Of a stretch of 64,000 nucleotides of DNA, positions 54,890 through 64,000 are shown piece after piece. The notes beneath the pieces were generated by a model. That model did not search any database and was not told the origin of the DNA. It saw only the letters and a list, made by a program, of their open reading frames with translations. The position numbers and the translations under genes are program-made. Source of the DNA: an uncultured Verrucomicrobiota bacterium (GTDB lineage Bacteria > Verrucomicrobiota > Verrucomicrobiia > Limisphaerales > CAYMCQ01); contig CAYMCQ010000006.1 in NCBI GenBank assembly GCA_964389025.1, positions 2,340 to 66,339 on the forward strand, written 5' to 3'. How positions within the stretch are numbered: the first letter of the stretch is position 1; each line of letters opens with the position of its first letter.

Positions 54890-56716
54890 TTAAGCTTCGT
54901 TCTGTGGTGTGAAATCTTTGGCTTTGCCCGGCACGCTATATTCGTAAGGACCACGATGGACGGTCGGCACGACGGCAAAATTTCCGTGCGGCGGCGGCGT
55001 GGGCGTCTGCCATTCAAGCGTCGTGGCTTCCCACGGATTATCTGAGGTCACCTTCTTGCCGTTCTTGATGCTCCAGAAAAAGTTGATGATGAAGGGAATT
55101 TGCGACAGGGCGAGCAGCACAACCGCCCACAAAATGACCCTGTGCAGCGAAATGTTGAAATCGCTCAAGCCGCCGATGACTTCGCCCGAAGCTTTGTTGT
55201 GTTCAGCCGAATAATTGATGCCGCCGTCCGACATGCGGCGCAACATGCCCGCCATGCCCTGCTGAAACATCGGCTGGAAAATCACGTTCATGAAGATCAA
55301 CGAGAGCCAGAAATGAATCTTGCCCCAGAATTGGTTCATCATCCGCCCGGTGACTTTTGGAAACCAGTAATAAATCCCCGCAAACAGCGCGAAGATCGTC
55401 CCCGGCGCGACGATGTAATGGAAATGAGCGATGACATAATACGTGTCGTGCAAATGAATGTCACTGACGTTGAATCCGAGTGGCAGTCCGGTCAAGCCGC
55501 CAATTCCGAACATCGGCAAGAATGCGAGGCAGAAAAGCATCGGCACGGTGAAACGAATCGAAGCGCCCCAAAGCGAAATGAAGAAGCACGTCAGAATAAT
55601 CACCGACGGAATCGAGATGATCATCGTCGTCGTCTGGAAGAACGTGGCGATTTTCGTTCCCATGCCCGTCAGATACATGTGGTGCGCCCAAACGATGAAA
55701 GAGAGAAATCCAATGACAAGCACGGAATAAACCAGCGACTTGTAGCCCCAGATCGGCTTGCGTGTGTTGTTCGCGATGACTTCGGCGACGATTCCCATAG
55801 CGGGAAGAATCAGAACATAAACTTCAGGATGGCCGAGAAACCAAAACAGATGCTGCCACAACAACGGACTGCCGCCGCCGCTCACGTTCGCATACGCGCC
55901 GCTGATCGCCAGTCCCGTCGGGAGAAAAAAACTGGTGTGCGCGACTTTGTCCATCAACTGCATCACCGCCGCCGCTTCGAGCGGAGGGAACGCGAGCAGG
56001 AGCAGGAACGCCGTCACGAATTGCGCCCAGACGAAAAATGGCAGCCGCATCCATGTCATGCCCGGCGCGCGCAACTGGATGATTGTGGCGATGAAATTCA
56101 CCGCGCCCAGCAGCGAGGACGTTATCAAAAACACCATGCCGATGAGCCAGAACGTTTGGCCGTGGCCCGGAATGATAGACGCCAGCGGCGAATATGACGT
56201 CCAGCCTGCCTGCGCTGCGCCACCGGGAATGAAAAAACTGACGACCATGATGATTCCGCCGATCACGTAAGCCTGGTAGCTCGCCATGTTCACGCGCGGA
56301 AACGCCATGTCCGGCGCGCCGATTTGCAGCGGCACCACGAGGTTTCCGAACGCCGCGAACGCCAGTGGCACGATGGCCGTGAAGACCATCAGCGTCCCGT
56401 GCATCGCGCCGAAGGAATTGTAGAGGTCGGGCGACATGACGCCGCCGGCAGCGGGGCTGTTACCCTGCGCATCGCGCAACATCCAATCGAGCAAATGTCC
56501 GACGAGCGGAATCGGCTGGCCGGGATTTGCGATTTGCCATCGCATCAGCATCATCAGCAGAAAACCGAACAGCAAAAAGAAAAGTCCCGTGACGCCGTAT
56601 TGGATGCCGATTATTTTGTGGTCGGTGGAGAAAACATATTTCCGCCAGAAGCCAATGTCTTCGTGGTGCGCCGCGTGCGCACCGGGATGAGGAATTGCGT
56701 GTGATGATGCCTGCAT
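54890..56716 (-). CDS. ctaD: Cytochrome c oxidase subunit I
   Basis: Canonical heme-copper oxidase motifs (WFFGHPEVY-like [16 protein letters not shown], and HHMY). Confidence 0.95.
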   Translation of the reverse strand: MQASSHAIPHPGAHAAHHEDIGFWRKYVFSTDHKIIGIQYGVTGLFFLLFGFLLMMLMRWQIANPGQPIPLVGHLLDWMLRDAQGNSPAAGGVMSPDLYNSFGAMHGTLMVFTAIVPLAFAAFGNLVVPLQIGAPDMAFPRVNMASYQAYVIGGIIMVVSFFIPGGAAQAGWTSYSPLASIIPGHGQTFWLIGMVFLITSSLLGAVNFIATIIQLRAPGMTWMRLPFFVWAQFVTAFLLLLAFPPLEAAAVMQLMDKVAHTSFFLPTGLAISGAYANVSGGGSPLLWQHLFWFLGHPEVYVLILPAMGIVAEVIANNTRKPIWGYKSLVYSVLVIGFLSFIVWAHHMYLTGMGTKIATFFQTTTMIISIPSVIILTCFFISLWGASIRFTVPMLFCLAFLPMFGIGGLTGLPLGFNVSDIHLHDTYYVIAHFHYIVAPGTIFALFAGIYYWFPKVTGRMMNQFWGKIHFWLSLIFMNVIFQPMFQQGMAGMLRRMSDGGINYSAEHNKASGEVIGGLSDFNISLHRVILWAVVLLALSQIPFIINFFWSIKNGKKVTSDNPWEATTLEWQTPTPPPHGNFAVVPTVHRGPYEYSVPGKAKDFTPQNEA

Positions 56717-56807
56717 TTTTTAATCAACTTGTTTCAATAATCGCCGCCGCCGCCGAATTTTCGGCGCGACAGTAAACTTGTCTCCGCTTTTCGTGTCAAC
56801 TGCGGAT

Positions 56808-57710
56808 TCATTTCAATTTGTCCCATGCCATCAAGCCCAACAGCAGCGGCAAATACAGAATCGAGGCGAAAAACAACCGCCGCGCCCGCGCGATCGTCAA
56901 CTCGCGCGAAAATTGGATAGCGCACCAGAGAAAAATGATTCCGAGAATCAGCGCGCCAAAAAGATAAACCGGCCCGGCCAGTTTCAAAGCAAACGGCATC
57001 AGGCTGATTGGCAAAAGACCGAGCGTGTGACCTACGGCTTGATGGCCGGTGCGGGTTCCATCCGGGTCAACCGCAGGCAGCATCACGAACCCGGCCTTCG
57101 CGTATTCCTCGCGATACATCCACGCGATGGCGAGGAAATGGGAAATTTGCCAGAAGCAAAGAATCCCGAACAGCGCCCAGCCGCCCTGCGAAATTTCGCC
57201 GCGCGCCGCCGTCCAGCCCATCAACGGCGGCAACCCGCCGGGAATCGCGCCGATGGCCGTGTTCAGCCAGGTCACGCGCTTGAGCGGCGTGTAAATGAAC
57301 AGATAACTCACCAGTGAAACCGCGCCGAGCACGCTCGTCACCGGATTCACCGCAAGCGCCAGATAAATCAAACCCGCCGTCGAACAAATTCCGCCGAAGA
57401 TCAAAACCGTCGTTGGCTGTAATCGTCCCGATGGCAGCGGGCGATTCGCTGTGCGCCGCATCTTCGCGTCGAATTCCTTTTCCAAAAGCTGGTTCAACGC
57501 CGCCGCGCCTCCGGCCACCAGCGCCGTGCCGAGCATCGTATGAAGCATCAGCAAATAATCCATCGGCCCGCGAAACCCGAGGTAAAAACCAACCAGCGTC
57601 GTGAGTAAAACCAAAAGCGTCAGGCGCGCCTTGACGAGATCGGCGTAAACCGCGACCCAGCTTTTGTCGGCTGTTGCAATTTCGTTGAATGTTTGTGCCG
57701 TGGCTTTCAT
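56808..57710 (-). CDS. ctaB: Protoheme IX farnesyltransferase (heme O synthase)
   Basis: UbiA-family motifs NQLLEKEFDAKMRRTANRPL. Confidence 0.9.
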   Translation of the reverse strand: MKATAQTFNEIATADKSWVAVYADLVKARLTLLVLLTTLVGFYLGFRGPMDYLLMLHTMLGTALVAGGAAALNQLLEKEFDAKMRRTANRPLPSGRLQPTTVLIFGGICSTAGLIYLALAVNPVTSVLGAVSLVSYLFIYTPLKRVTWLNTAIGAIPGGLPPLMGWTAARGEISQGGWALFGILCFWQISHFLAIAWMYREEYAKAGFVMLPAVDPDGTRTGHQAVGHTLGLLPISLMPFALKLAGPVYLFGALILGIIFLWCAIQFSRELTIARARRLFFASILYLPLLLGLMAWDKLK

Positions 57711-58946
57711 TTATCGGACATTGGGCGCGGGAGTGTGCCTTGCCTCGGAGGGAAATGGCGAGACAGAATTTTTAATTTTTGTGTTTTCCTCGCCTGCCGC
57801 CAGAATTCGCGATGAAATCAACACCAGCATCGCACCCGTCACCAATGTCATCGCGCCCGCAAGGACGTGCAACGTGGCGATGTCCGCCGGTTTGTTCCTC
57901 AAGACCGTGAGCGCGCCCAAAGTGGCTTGAAGCAAAAGCAAACCGAGCCAGCATGTTGCGAGTTTCGTGATTCGATTTCCCCAGCCAAGTTTTCGCTTCG
58001 ACGCGATCGCGCACACCGCAACCGCCACCAGAATCAAAACCGCCACGATGCGATGCGCCATCTGCAAACCGATTTGCCCGGCGGTGATGGGATGAGTCTC
58101 GGTGACTTCCTGCCGCTGCTGGTTGTAGCGCGCGACGGACAGCGCGTCCATCGCCGGCCAGACTTTTCCGTAAGCCAGAGGAAAATCCGGGATTGCCAAA
58201 CCTGCGTGCTGATGTCGCATAGCCGCGCCGAGGATGAGCTGCACGAAAATGACCAGACTGGTCAGCAAAAATAGACCCCGTAAATTTTTAATGGCTGATG
58301 GCTGATAGCCAATCGCCGATTGGAAATTGAATTTCCACCATTTGCTCGTGAACAGCGCAATCGAGCTAACGAGGACAAAAAACAATTGCGCCAGCGTCGC
58401 GTGGAAAATTCCCAGCTCATCCTTGAGCAGCGTCACCCGCAACCCCCCCAAAACTCCCTGCAAAACAACTGCCGACAGCGCGACGATTCCAAGCCACCGC
58501 AAGCCGTCTGTTCGTTTGAGTTGAAAAACCCCGAAAACAATTCCGCAAACTCCAGCCAGCGCAATTGAAACGAAAACCGTCGTGGTGCGGACGCCCATCA
58601 TCCCGCCAACGACGAGTAACACGCCGACAATGGCGAGGACCCCATTGCGCCTCGCCTTTCCGTTTGTCTCCCACATCCAAAGCCATAGCGCCAGAATCGC
58701 CGTTAGCAAACCGACCGTTGAAGCGACAAGCCTATGCGAGTGCTCGTAGAAAACATTTCCGCCATGCCACCATTTTGACACGGGAAACAGGAACATGTTA
58801 TAGCCGTAGCTCGTCGGCCAGTCGGGCACGGACATTCCGGCTTCGTGGCTCGTCACCAGCCCGCCGATGCCGATGAGCGCGAGCGTCGCCAGCGCCGTCA
58901 GCACGGCGAAACGATGCAGCCATATGTTTTTTTCGGTTGGAATCAT
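57711..58946 (-). CDS. ctaA: Heme A synthase (COX15/CtaA)
   Basis: Multi-TM protein with EHSHRL and MAHRIVA histidine motifs. Abuts ctaB. Confidence 0.8.
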   Translation of the reverse strand: MIPTEKNIWLHRFAVLTALATLALIGIGGLVTSHEAGMSVPDWPTSYGYNMFLFPVSKWWHGGNVFYEHSHRLVASTVGLLTAILALWLWMWETNGKARRNGVLAIVGVLLVVGGMMGVRTTTVFVSIALAGVCGIVFGVFQLKRTDGLRWLGIVALSAVVLQGVLGGLRVTLLKDELGIFHATLAQLFFVLVSSIALFTSKWWKFNFQSAIGYQPSAIKNLRGLFLLTSLVIFVQLILGAAMRHQHAGLAIPDFPLAYGKVWPAMDALSVARYNQQRQEVTETHPITAGQIGLQMAHRIVAVLILVAVAVCAIASKRKLGWGNRITKLATCWLGLLLLQATLGALTVLRNKPADIATLHVLAGAMTLVTGAMLVLISSRILAAGEENTKIKNSVSPFPSEARHTPAPNVR

Positions 58947-59012
58947 CTGCCTTGGAAATCAAAAACCGCCGCGACACGAATTGCCGCAGCGGCTTGAAAA
59001 ATCAAAACCGCG

Positions 59013-59738
59013 CTATTTTACTTCCAACACGAAGTCCGCAGTCGCTCCAGAATCTTTCACTTCGACTTCTTTCGTGACGCCATCAGCCGCAGCCTTGCGG
59101 TGGCGCGCTTCAATCGTGTATTTGCCCGGTGGCACGTCTTTGATGGTGAACTTGCCGTCCTTGTCCGTCACCGCGAAATACGGATGATCAAACACACTGA
59201 CCCACGCGAACATCCACGGATGAATATCGCACTTGAACTTCAAAAAGTTTTCCGCCTTCGGAAAAGTGAAAACCAAATCAGGCGCTTTCGCAGGCTGGCT
59301 CAGATTTTTTTCCACATTGCCCGCAACTGCCGGAAGCGTATGGACATTATGAGCCACGGGGTCGGAAGTTTTCACCAGTAATTTTTGGTTGGTCTGAATG
59401 GCCTGAATTTGCGGAACGTAAATGCAGCCTTTTTGATCCAGAACGACGGGCACTGCAGATTCGCCGCCCGGTTTCGCGGGAACACCTTTGAGCGCGACGA
59501 CGACGTTTGCGAGTTCGCCGTTCGCCCCGACGATGAAATGCTGCGTCATGACCGGCGCGGTGTGGAATTTTGAGCAATCGGCATTGTTCTTCACGTCGGT
59601 GAGTTCAATGGCTGGCGGCGGCGTTCCTTTCAAGGTGATTTTGCCCGTGATGTCGGCTGCATTCGCCACGCTCAAAGTCGCGGCGCACAGTGTTGTGATC
59701 AGAATTCGAGAAGTCATTTTCATAAAGTTCAATTTCAA
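59013..59738 (-). CDS. Secreted cupredoxin-like protein with C-terminal beta-sandwich (CarboxypepD_reg-like)
   Basis: Signal peptide. Type-1 copper-like ligands AHNVH ... CDIHPWM. C-terminus TDKDGKFTIKDVPPGKYTIEA. Confidence 0.5.
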   Translation of the reverse strand: MKLNFMKMTSRILITTLCAATLSVANAADITGKITLKGTPPPAIELTDVKNNADCSKFHTAPVMTQHFIVGANGELANVVVALKGVPAKPGGESAVPVVLDQKGCIYVPQIQAIQTNQKLLVKTSDPVAHNVHTLPAVAGNVEKNLSQPAKAPDLVFTFPKAENFLKFKCDIHPWMFAWVSVFDHPYFAVTDKDGKFTIKDVPPGKYTIEARHRKAAADGVTKEVEVKDSGATADFVLEVK

Positions 59739-59841
59739 TTTTGACGGAAACTATCAGGCGAAAATTTAATGGGCAAGTGAAAGATTTCACAAACTTTCTC
59801 AATGACGAGAAATTGAGGGATTCTTTCGTAAAAATGCGGTT

Positions 59842-60312
59842 TCAAGCTAATCCTTTCATCACACGCGCCATTGCCAGCGCGGTTTGCGCCGCCTCAGTTC
59901 CGCGATTGTGTTTCCTGCCGAGACACCGGACCCGCGCCTGCGCCTCATTTTCCAAAAGCAAGACTTCGTGGATCACAGGAATCTCGTGCTCGATCTGAAT
60001 CTGCATCAGCGCGCGCGTGACGGCGTCGCCGATGTGCGCGGCGTGAACCGTCTCACCGCGAAGAATCACACCGAGGCAAATGATGGCGGACAAACGCGGA
60101 TGCGACGTCCGCGCAAGCCAGCCCGCGACGACGGGAATCTCAAACGCGCCCGGCACGCGGACGATTTGAACCTTGGAAACTCCGGCTCGTTTCAACTCCG
60201 CCTGCGCAGCATGCGCCATCGCGTCCACATACTCCGCGTTGTAGCGCGACGCGATGATGGCGAATGAACTGCCGCCTGCGCGAACTTTTTGCTTCTGAAC
60301 CTTTTTAAGCAT
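59842..60312 (-). CDS. ribH: 6,7-dimethyl-8-ribityllumazine synthase
   Basis: FAIIASRYNAEYVDAM...VRVPGAFEIPV. Confidence 0.9.
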   Translation of the reverse strand: MLKKVQKQKVRAGGSSFAIIASRYNAEYVDAMAHAAQAELKRAGVSKVQIVRVPGAFEIPVVAGWLARTSHPRLSAIICLGVILRGETVHAAHIGDAVTRALMQIQIEHEIPVIHEVLLLENEAQARVRCLGRKHNRGTEAAQTALAMARVMKGLA

Positions 60313-60506
60313 CGCGCGGATTTAACCACGAAAGGACACAAATGGACACGAATATTTCCCCAGCGAAGATTGCACGGGGGAAACGAGAACGTGGGCAGGC
60401 AACAAAACGGGCGAGCGCCCAGACGCGTTCGAACGATTTCTCGTTTGCCTCTTTTTGCGAATAATCACAAAAATGCCGTGCTCTTCGGGCGATTGGCAAG
60501 GGTGGT

Positions 60507-62114
60507 TCAGCGGAGTTCGATAATCAGGCGTTTTTCCTGGCCAGCCGCAAGCGATAGCGGCAGACCGTCGCGCAACTCTTTGCCGGAACGCTTCACTGAT
60601 TTCACGTCGCCGTCCGTTTTCACTCTGCACTTCCCGTTGGCCCGGACGACAAACCATTCCGGGAACTGGTTGATGCGCGGGTAATCCAACGGCAGACGCA
60701 TTACTTCTTGGTGGCGCGGGCGGTCGAAAATCGCGCGGCCCTGCCACGGAGCGTCGGCGGTGAGGCTGATGAGGAGTCGCTGGCCATCTCGCACCGCTCC
60801 GAATCGCACGTCAGCGCGCCATGGTTCGATGGTCATGCCTTGCGTCTTCCAGAGCGCATACATGAGCGATGTGCGGGCAAAATTACCGTCGCCATGCCAG
60901 CCTTCAATGATTCCATCGGGTTGCTGCTTGTCCCACATCAGACGCGTCTGACTGTCAATCCAGTCGGCGGTGGACGGAATCGGTTCGCGGTTGAACAGAT
61001 TAAGCGCTCCTTCGATTGAATCTGCGAACCCGTCCGCGCTCTTGTCGCGCCAGCAGGCGCCAACGTATTTGCCCTTGAGATTGCCCAACGCTTTGCGAAC
61101 GGCGTCGCGGTAAGCCTGGGTCTTGTCCATCAGCCACATCGTGTAGAAGCCGTCATAGTCGTAGCCCCATGTGTCACAAAGATCCTCGCTGTGTTCGCCC
61201 GTCTGCGGATCAAATGAAACGTAAAGCAGGCCATCTGCATTGCGGGCTTTCTGGAGGATGCAGTCGAACATCTCGTGCATCGGCTTTTTGTAATGGTCTC
61301 TTTTTTCCGGCAGCGCGTGGGCGACCGCGACATAGAGTTCGGTAAGACCGTTGATCACCTCGCAACCATGGTCACCGAGGCGTAGCTGCTTGAGGTCGCG
61401 CGTCGGATGATTCGTGCCCAGCAGGTAGTAATCGCCGAGGCGGATGGCCCAATCGAGATACTTGCGGTCGCCGGTTAACCAGTAGATTCGGGAGGATGCT
61501 TGGAGCAAATCGCCGTTGACCTCGATGTTCAACGTCGGAATTTTTCCGAACGGTGTCTCGATGGGCGCGTTGATCCAAATGTCGTCCACGATGCCGAGCA
61601 TCCGTTCCGACCACGGGCTGGGGCCAAGCCATTCGGTCACGGGGAGCAGGCCGTCCTTCACGTATTCCGCGCCGTCGAAAATGGTCGAGTCGAGGTCGAA
61701 CTTCTCGCGTCGCCAGCCCTTCTTCGAAAAAGAGTAATCGTCCGGAAGACGTCCGACGCGGCTGGTGAGTCGTTGCTCGGTGCGGAGCATGTCGAGCAGC
61801 CGGCCGTTTAGCAGCGCGCGGTCGGTCATAGCGGCGGTGAGCACCATGAACGGGTAATTGTCTGCGGCGGAATCGCGGCCGTTCCAGTAATCGCGGCTCT
61901 CGCGAAGATTCCGCGGGATAAGCCCGGTGGCCGGGTCGGCATGTGCGAGCCAGCCGTCCACGTAGCGGTGACAGCGGGAAAACGCTTCGTTCGCCGCGCG
62001 CGCGTTCTGGCGGGCTTCGGCGAACAGGGTTTCCTCACCCGTTGCTTGCGCTGCCCGAGCCGTTGTGACGTTGGCTGGAACAAGGAGGGTCAGGAGCAAG
62101 AGCGTTGATTTCAT
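60507..62114 (-). CDS. Secreted protein, possible (alpha/alpha)-barrel glycoside hydrolase/lyase-like
   Basis: Start at MKSTLLLLTLLVPANVTTARA (signal peptide, SD-like GAGG upstream). The ORF-track N-terminal extension is a ribH fragment. Confidence 0.5.
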   Translation of the reverse strand: MKSTLLLLTLLVPANVTTARAAQATGEETLFAEARQNARAANEAFSRCHRYVDGWLAHADPATGLIPRNLRESRDYWNGRDSAADNYPFMVLTAAMTDRALLNGRLLDMLRTEQRLTSRVGRLPDDYSFSKKGWRREKFDLDSTIFDGAEYVKDGLLPVTEWLGPSPWSERMLGIVDDIWINAPIETPFGKIPTLNIEVNGDLLQASSRIYWLTGDRKYLDWAIRLGDYYLLGTNHPTRDLKQLRLGDHGCEVINGLTELYVAVAHALPEKRDHYKKPMHEMFDCILQKARNADGLLYVSFDPQTGEHSEDLCDTWGYDYDGFYTMWLMDKTQAYRDAVRKALGNLKGKYVGACWRDKSADGFADSIEGALNLFNREPIPSTADWIDSQTRLMWDKQQPDGIIEGWHGDGNFARTSLMYALWKTQGMTIEPWRADVRFGAVRDGQRLLISLTADAPWQGRAIFDRPRHQEVMRLPLDYPRINQFPEWFVVRANGKCRVKTDGDVKSVKRSGKELRDGLPLSLAAGQEKRLIIELR

Positions 62115-62167
62115 ACCTCGGACGATGACGATTTTGTTGCCGGGGATGTCCCTGCGATTGTTAAGAA

Positions 62168-62295
62168 CCCGCGATGACGGGAATCTCAAACGCGCGGGCA
62201 CGCGGACAATGCGCACGTGCGCCTCGGCGCGCAGCAATTCCTCACGCACCGCGTGCAACATCGCGTCCACATACTCCGCGTTGTAGCGCGACGCA
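62168..62295 (-). pseudogene. ribH-like fragment (about residues 21-66) with frameshift
   Basis: ASRYNAEYVDAMLHAVREELLRA..VRIVRVP is followed by a 1-nt deletion relative to ribH at 60312. Its two ends are near-identical to ribH and its middle is diverged. Confidence 0.7.
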
Positions 62296-62420
62296 ACTTC
62301 TGGTCAGTCTTCCGATCCGAGGAATTCTGATTGCGAATTGTTTTTTCACTGCGCTAAATCGGGAGTTTTCCCGTCAACTGGATTAATTGCACGAATGCTA
62401 GGCTTCTGGATTTCTCAGTT

Positions 62421-63893
62421 TCACGCAAGCTGTTTCTTCCACTTCTTCAACTGCCCCTTCACTTCCTTCGTTCCCGGCGCGCCGGTGATGTTTCTTTTCG
62501 CCATCGCTTTTTCCAGATTGAAAACAGCCATCGCGTCGTTGCCAAAAGTTTTGTCCACCGACTTCAACTCCGCAAGCGTCAGTTCGTTCAGCTTTTTCTT
62601 TTTCCGCTCCGCCAGCGCTACGACTGCGCCGACGACGTGATGCGCCTGCCGGAACGACATTTTTTTCCGCACGAGATGATCCGCGAGGTCGGTCGCGAGC
62701 AGCGCGGGGTCGCTCGCGGCGGCGAGGCACGCGGGGCGATTGACCGAGACGTTCCGCAACATCGCGGCCATGAGCCGGACGCTCGCGCGCACCGTGTCCG
62801 CCGTGTCAAACAACGGCTCCTTGTCCTCCTGCAAATCGCGATTGTAAGTCATCGGCAGGCCCTTGAGCAGCGTCAGCACCGAGACGAGGTTGCCGATGCA
62901 CCGCGCCGATTTCCCGCGAATGAGTTCCGCCACGTCGGGATTTTTTTTCTGCGGCATCAACGACGAGCCGGTCGTGTAAGCGTCGGCGATTTTGATGAAA
63001 TTAAATTCTGAAGTCGCCCAGAGAATCAAATCCTCCGCCAGCCGCGACAGATGAACCGCCAGCAACGCAGCGGCGCTGCAAAATTCCACGACGAAATCGC
63101 GGTCGCTCACGGCGTCAATGGAATTTTGTCAAAGTAGGACAGGCATCTTGCCTGTCCGCGTCGGCGAAGCCGACGCACTGCTCGCGCTGAAGCGCTCGCT
63201 GGACAGGCTGGAAGCCTGCCCTACTTTGAAGAACCCGAGCAACTCCGCCGGAATTTCCCGTTTCAACGGTAGCGTCGAGCCGGCGATCGCGCCGCTGCCA
63301 AGCGGACAGACATTCGCCCGAGAAAAACAATCCAGCAGCCGCGCCGCATCGCGTTCGAGCATCTCGACATACGCAAGAAAATGGTGCGCAAGAAAAACGG
63401 GTTGCGCCCGTTGCAAATGCGTGTAGCCGGGAATCAGCACGCCGGAATTTTTTTCGCCGAGCGTGATGAGACTTTTTTGCAGCACCCGAATTTCTCCGAT
63501 GAGTTGCCGGATTTCAGTTCGCGTCCAGAGCCGCATGTCCAGCGCGACCTGGTCGTTGCGCGAGCGGCCGGTGTGAAGTTTCGCGCCCGCCGGAACGCGC
63601 CGCGTCAGTTCGGCCTCGATGTTCATGTGGACATCTTCGAGTTCCGGCTTCCACCGAAATTTTCCCGATTCAATCTCTTTGCCGATTTGATCCAGCCCCT
63701 TGACGATGACCTTCAACTCCGCTTTGGAAAGCACGCCGATCTTGGCGAGCATCTCCGCGTGTGCCATCGAGCCGAGAATGTCCGCGCGCCACAGCCGCCA
63801 ATCAAACGAAATGGATTCGGTGAAGTCCGCCACGTCAGCCGCCGGGCCGGTTGCGAACCGTCCGCTTCTGGAAACTGGAGAGGTTTTTTTCAT
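62421..63893 (-). pseudogene. argH: Argininosuccinate lyase interrupted by a ~100-nt palindromic element carrying an in-frame TGA
   Basis: The N part (63893..63129) and C part (63110..62421) are in the same frame. Signature GSSLMPQKKNP is present. 35 codons including TGA (63129..63131) lie between LLGF and NSIDAVSDRDF. Confidence 0.75.
63129..63229. repeat. MITE-like palindromic insertion inside argH (TIR tcaaagtagg[a/g]caggc)
   Basis: TIRs at 63129..63144 and 63214..63229. Internal hairpins are ggacaggca-tct-tgcctgtcc and gcgtcggc-gaa-gccgacgc. Confidence 0.8.
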
Positions 63894-64000
63894 GCGTTTC
63901 AACGCGCTGAATCTGCGACGAATCCGGCTGAAAGTCACTGTCAAACATTCGGTCGTAGCGCAGGTTTCCAGCCCGCGAGCCGCACGGCAATTCACACCCT

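Noticed and set aside
60507-62270. 587-aa version of the secreted protein, with N-terminus MDAMLHAVREELL...
   Set aside because: The extra 52 residues are a frameshifted ribH fragment. A signal peptide with an SD-like sequence begins at 62114.
1-64000. Search for CRISPR arrays, rRNA genes, intact tRNA genes, reverse transcriptases and transposases
   Set aside because: No regularly spaced direct-repeat/spacer array, rRNA-like sequence, complete cloverleaf, RT (YxDD) motif or DDE/HUH transposase motif was seen in any long ORF. This was an inspection by eye only and should be confirmed with tRNAscan-SE, Infernal, CRISPR detection tools and ISfinder.

Overview
GC-rich bacterial chromosome segment. 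The gene content and the short palindromic repeats suggest a Verrucomicrobia/Planctomycetes-type organism, but that taxonomy is inference only. Positions 1-47558 read as an integrated genomic island full of conflict genes. The island ends at a 46-nt 3' half of tRNA-Arg(UCU) (47513-47558), next to a tyrosine integrase that carries five C-terminal XRE-type HTH repeats. No intact tRNA was found in the window, so the left island end probably lies outside it. Island content, left to right: (i) an unclassified operon (4-7931) with two paralogous Pol-beta nucleotidyltransferases, a 1243-aa orphan protein with a C-terminal PD-(D/E)xK-like motif, a cassette-like 178-aa gene and a DEDDh exonuclease; (ii) an AbiE-like toxin-antitoxin pair; (iii) a lone alpha/alpha-toroid repeat protein; (iv) a potABCD-like polyamine importer fused in one operon to a membrane coiled-coil protein and a YkgJ Cys-cluster protein; (v) a tightly packed minus-strand array of about 16 kb (18682-34677) holding a PUA/EVE-like plus nuclease protein, type III Res, an Abi_2 gene sitting between res and mod, type III Mod, a GHKL/MORC-like ATPase-nuclease, AIPR, a Rad50-hook RloC/PrrC-like ATPase, a 64-aa ORF and an SNF2 helicase; (vi) a complete type I Wadjet (jetABCD); (vii) decayed Xre/RES toxin-antitoxin pieces and the integration module. 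A roughly 240-nt repeat occurs three times (8128, 11225, 18278) exactly at junctions between modules. Right of 47558 is housekeeping DNA: a DHPS-like gene, an EgtD-like methyltransferase, a UVR-domain protein, YqeY, DUF420, SCO1, a caa3-type cytochrome oxidase cluster with ctaA/ctaB, ribH and argH. This part is peppered with small palindromic/MITE-like elements, and one of them interrupts argH with an in-frame TGA. No rRNA genes, intact tRNA genes or CRISPR arrays were seen. All functional calls rest on motifs read by eye from the translations; no database search was run.
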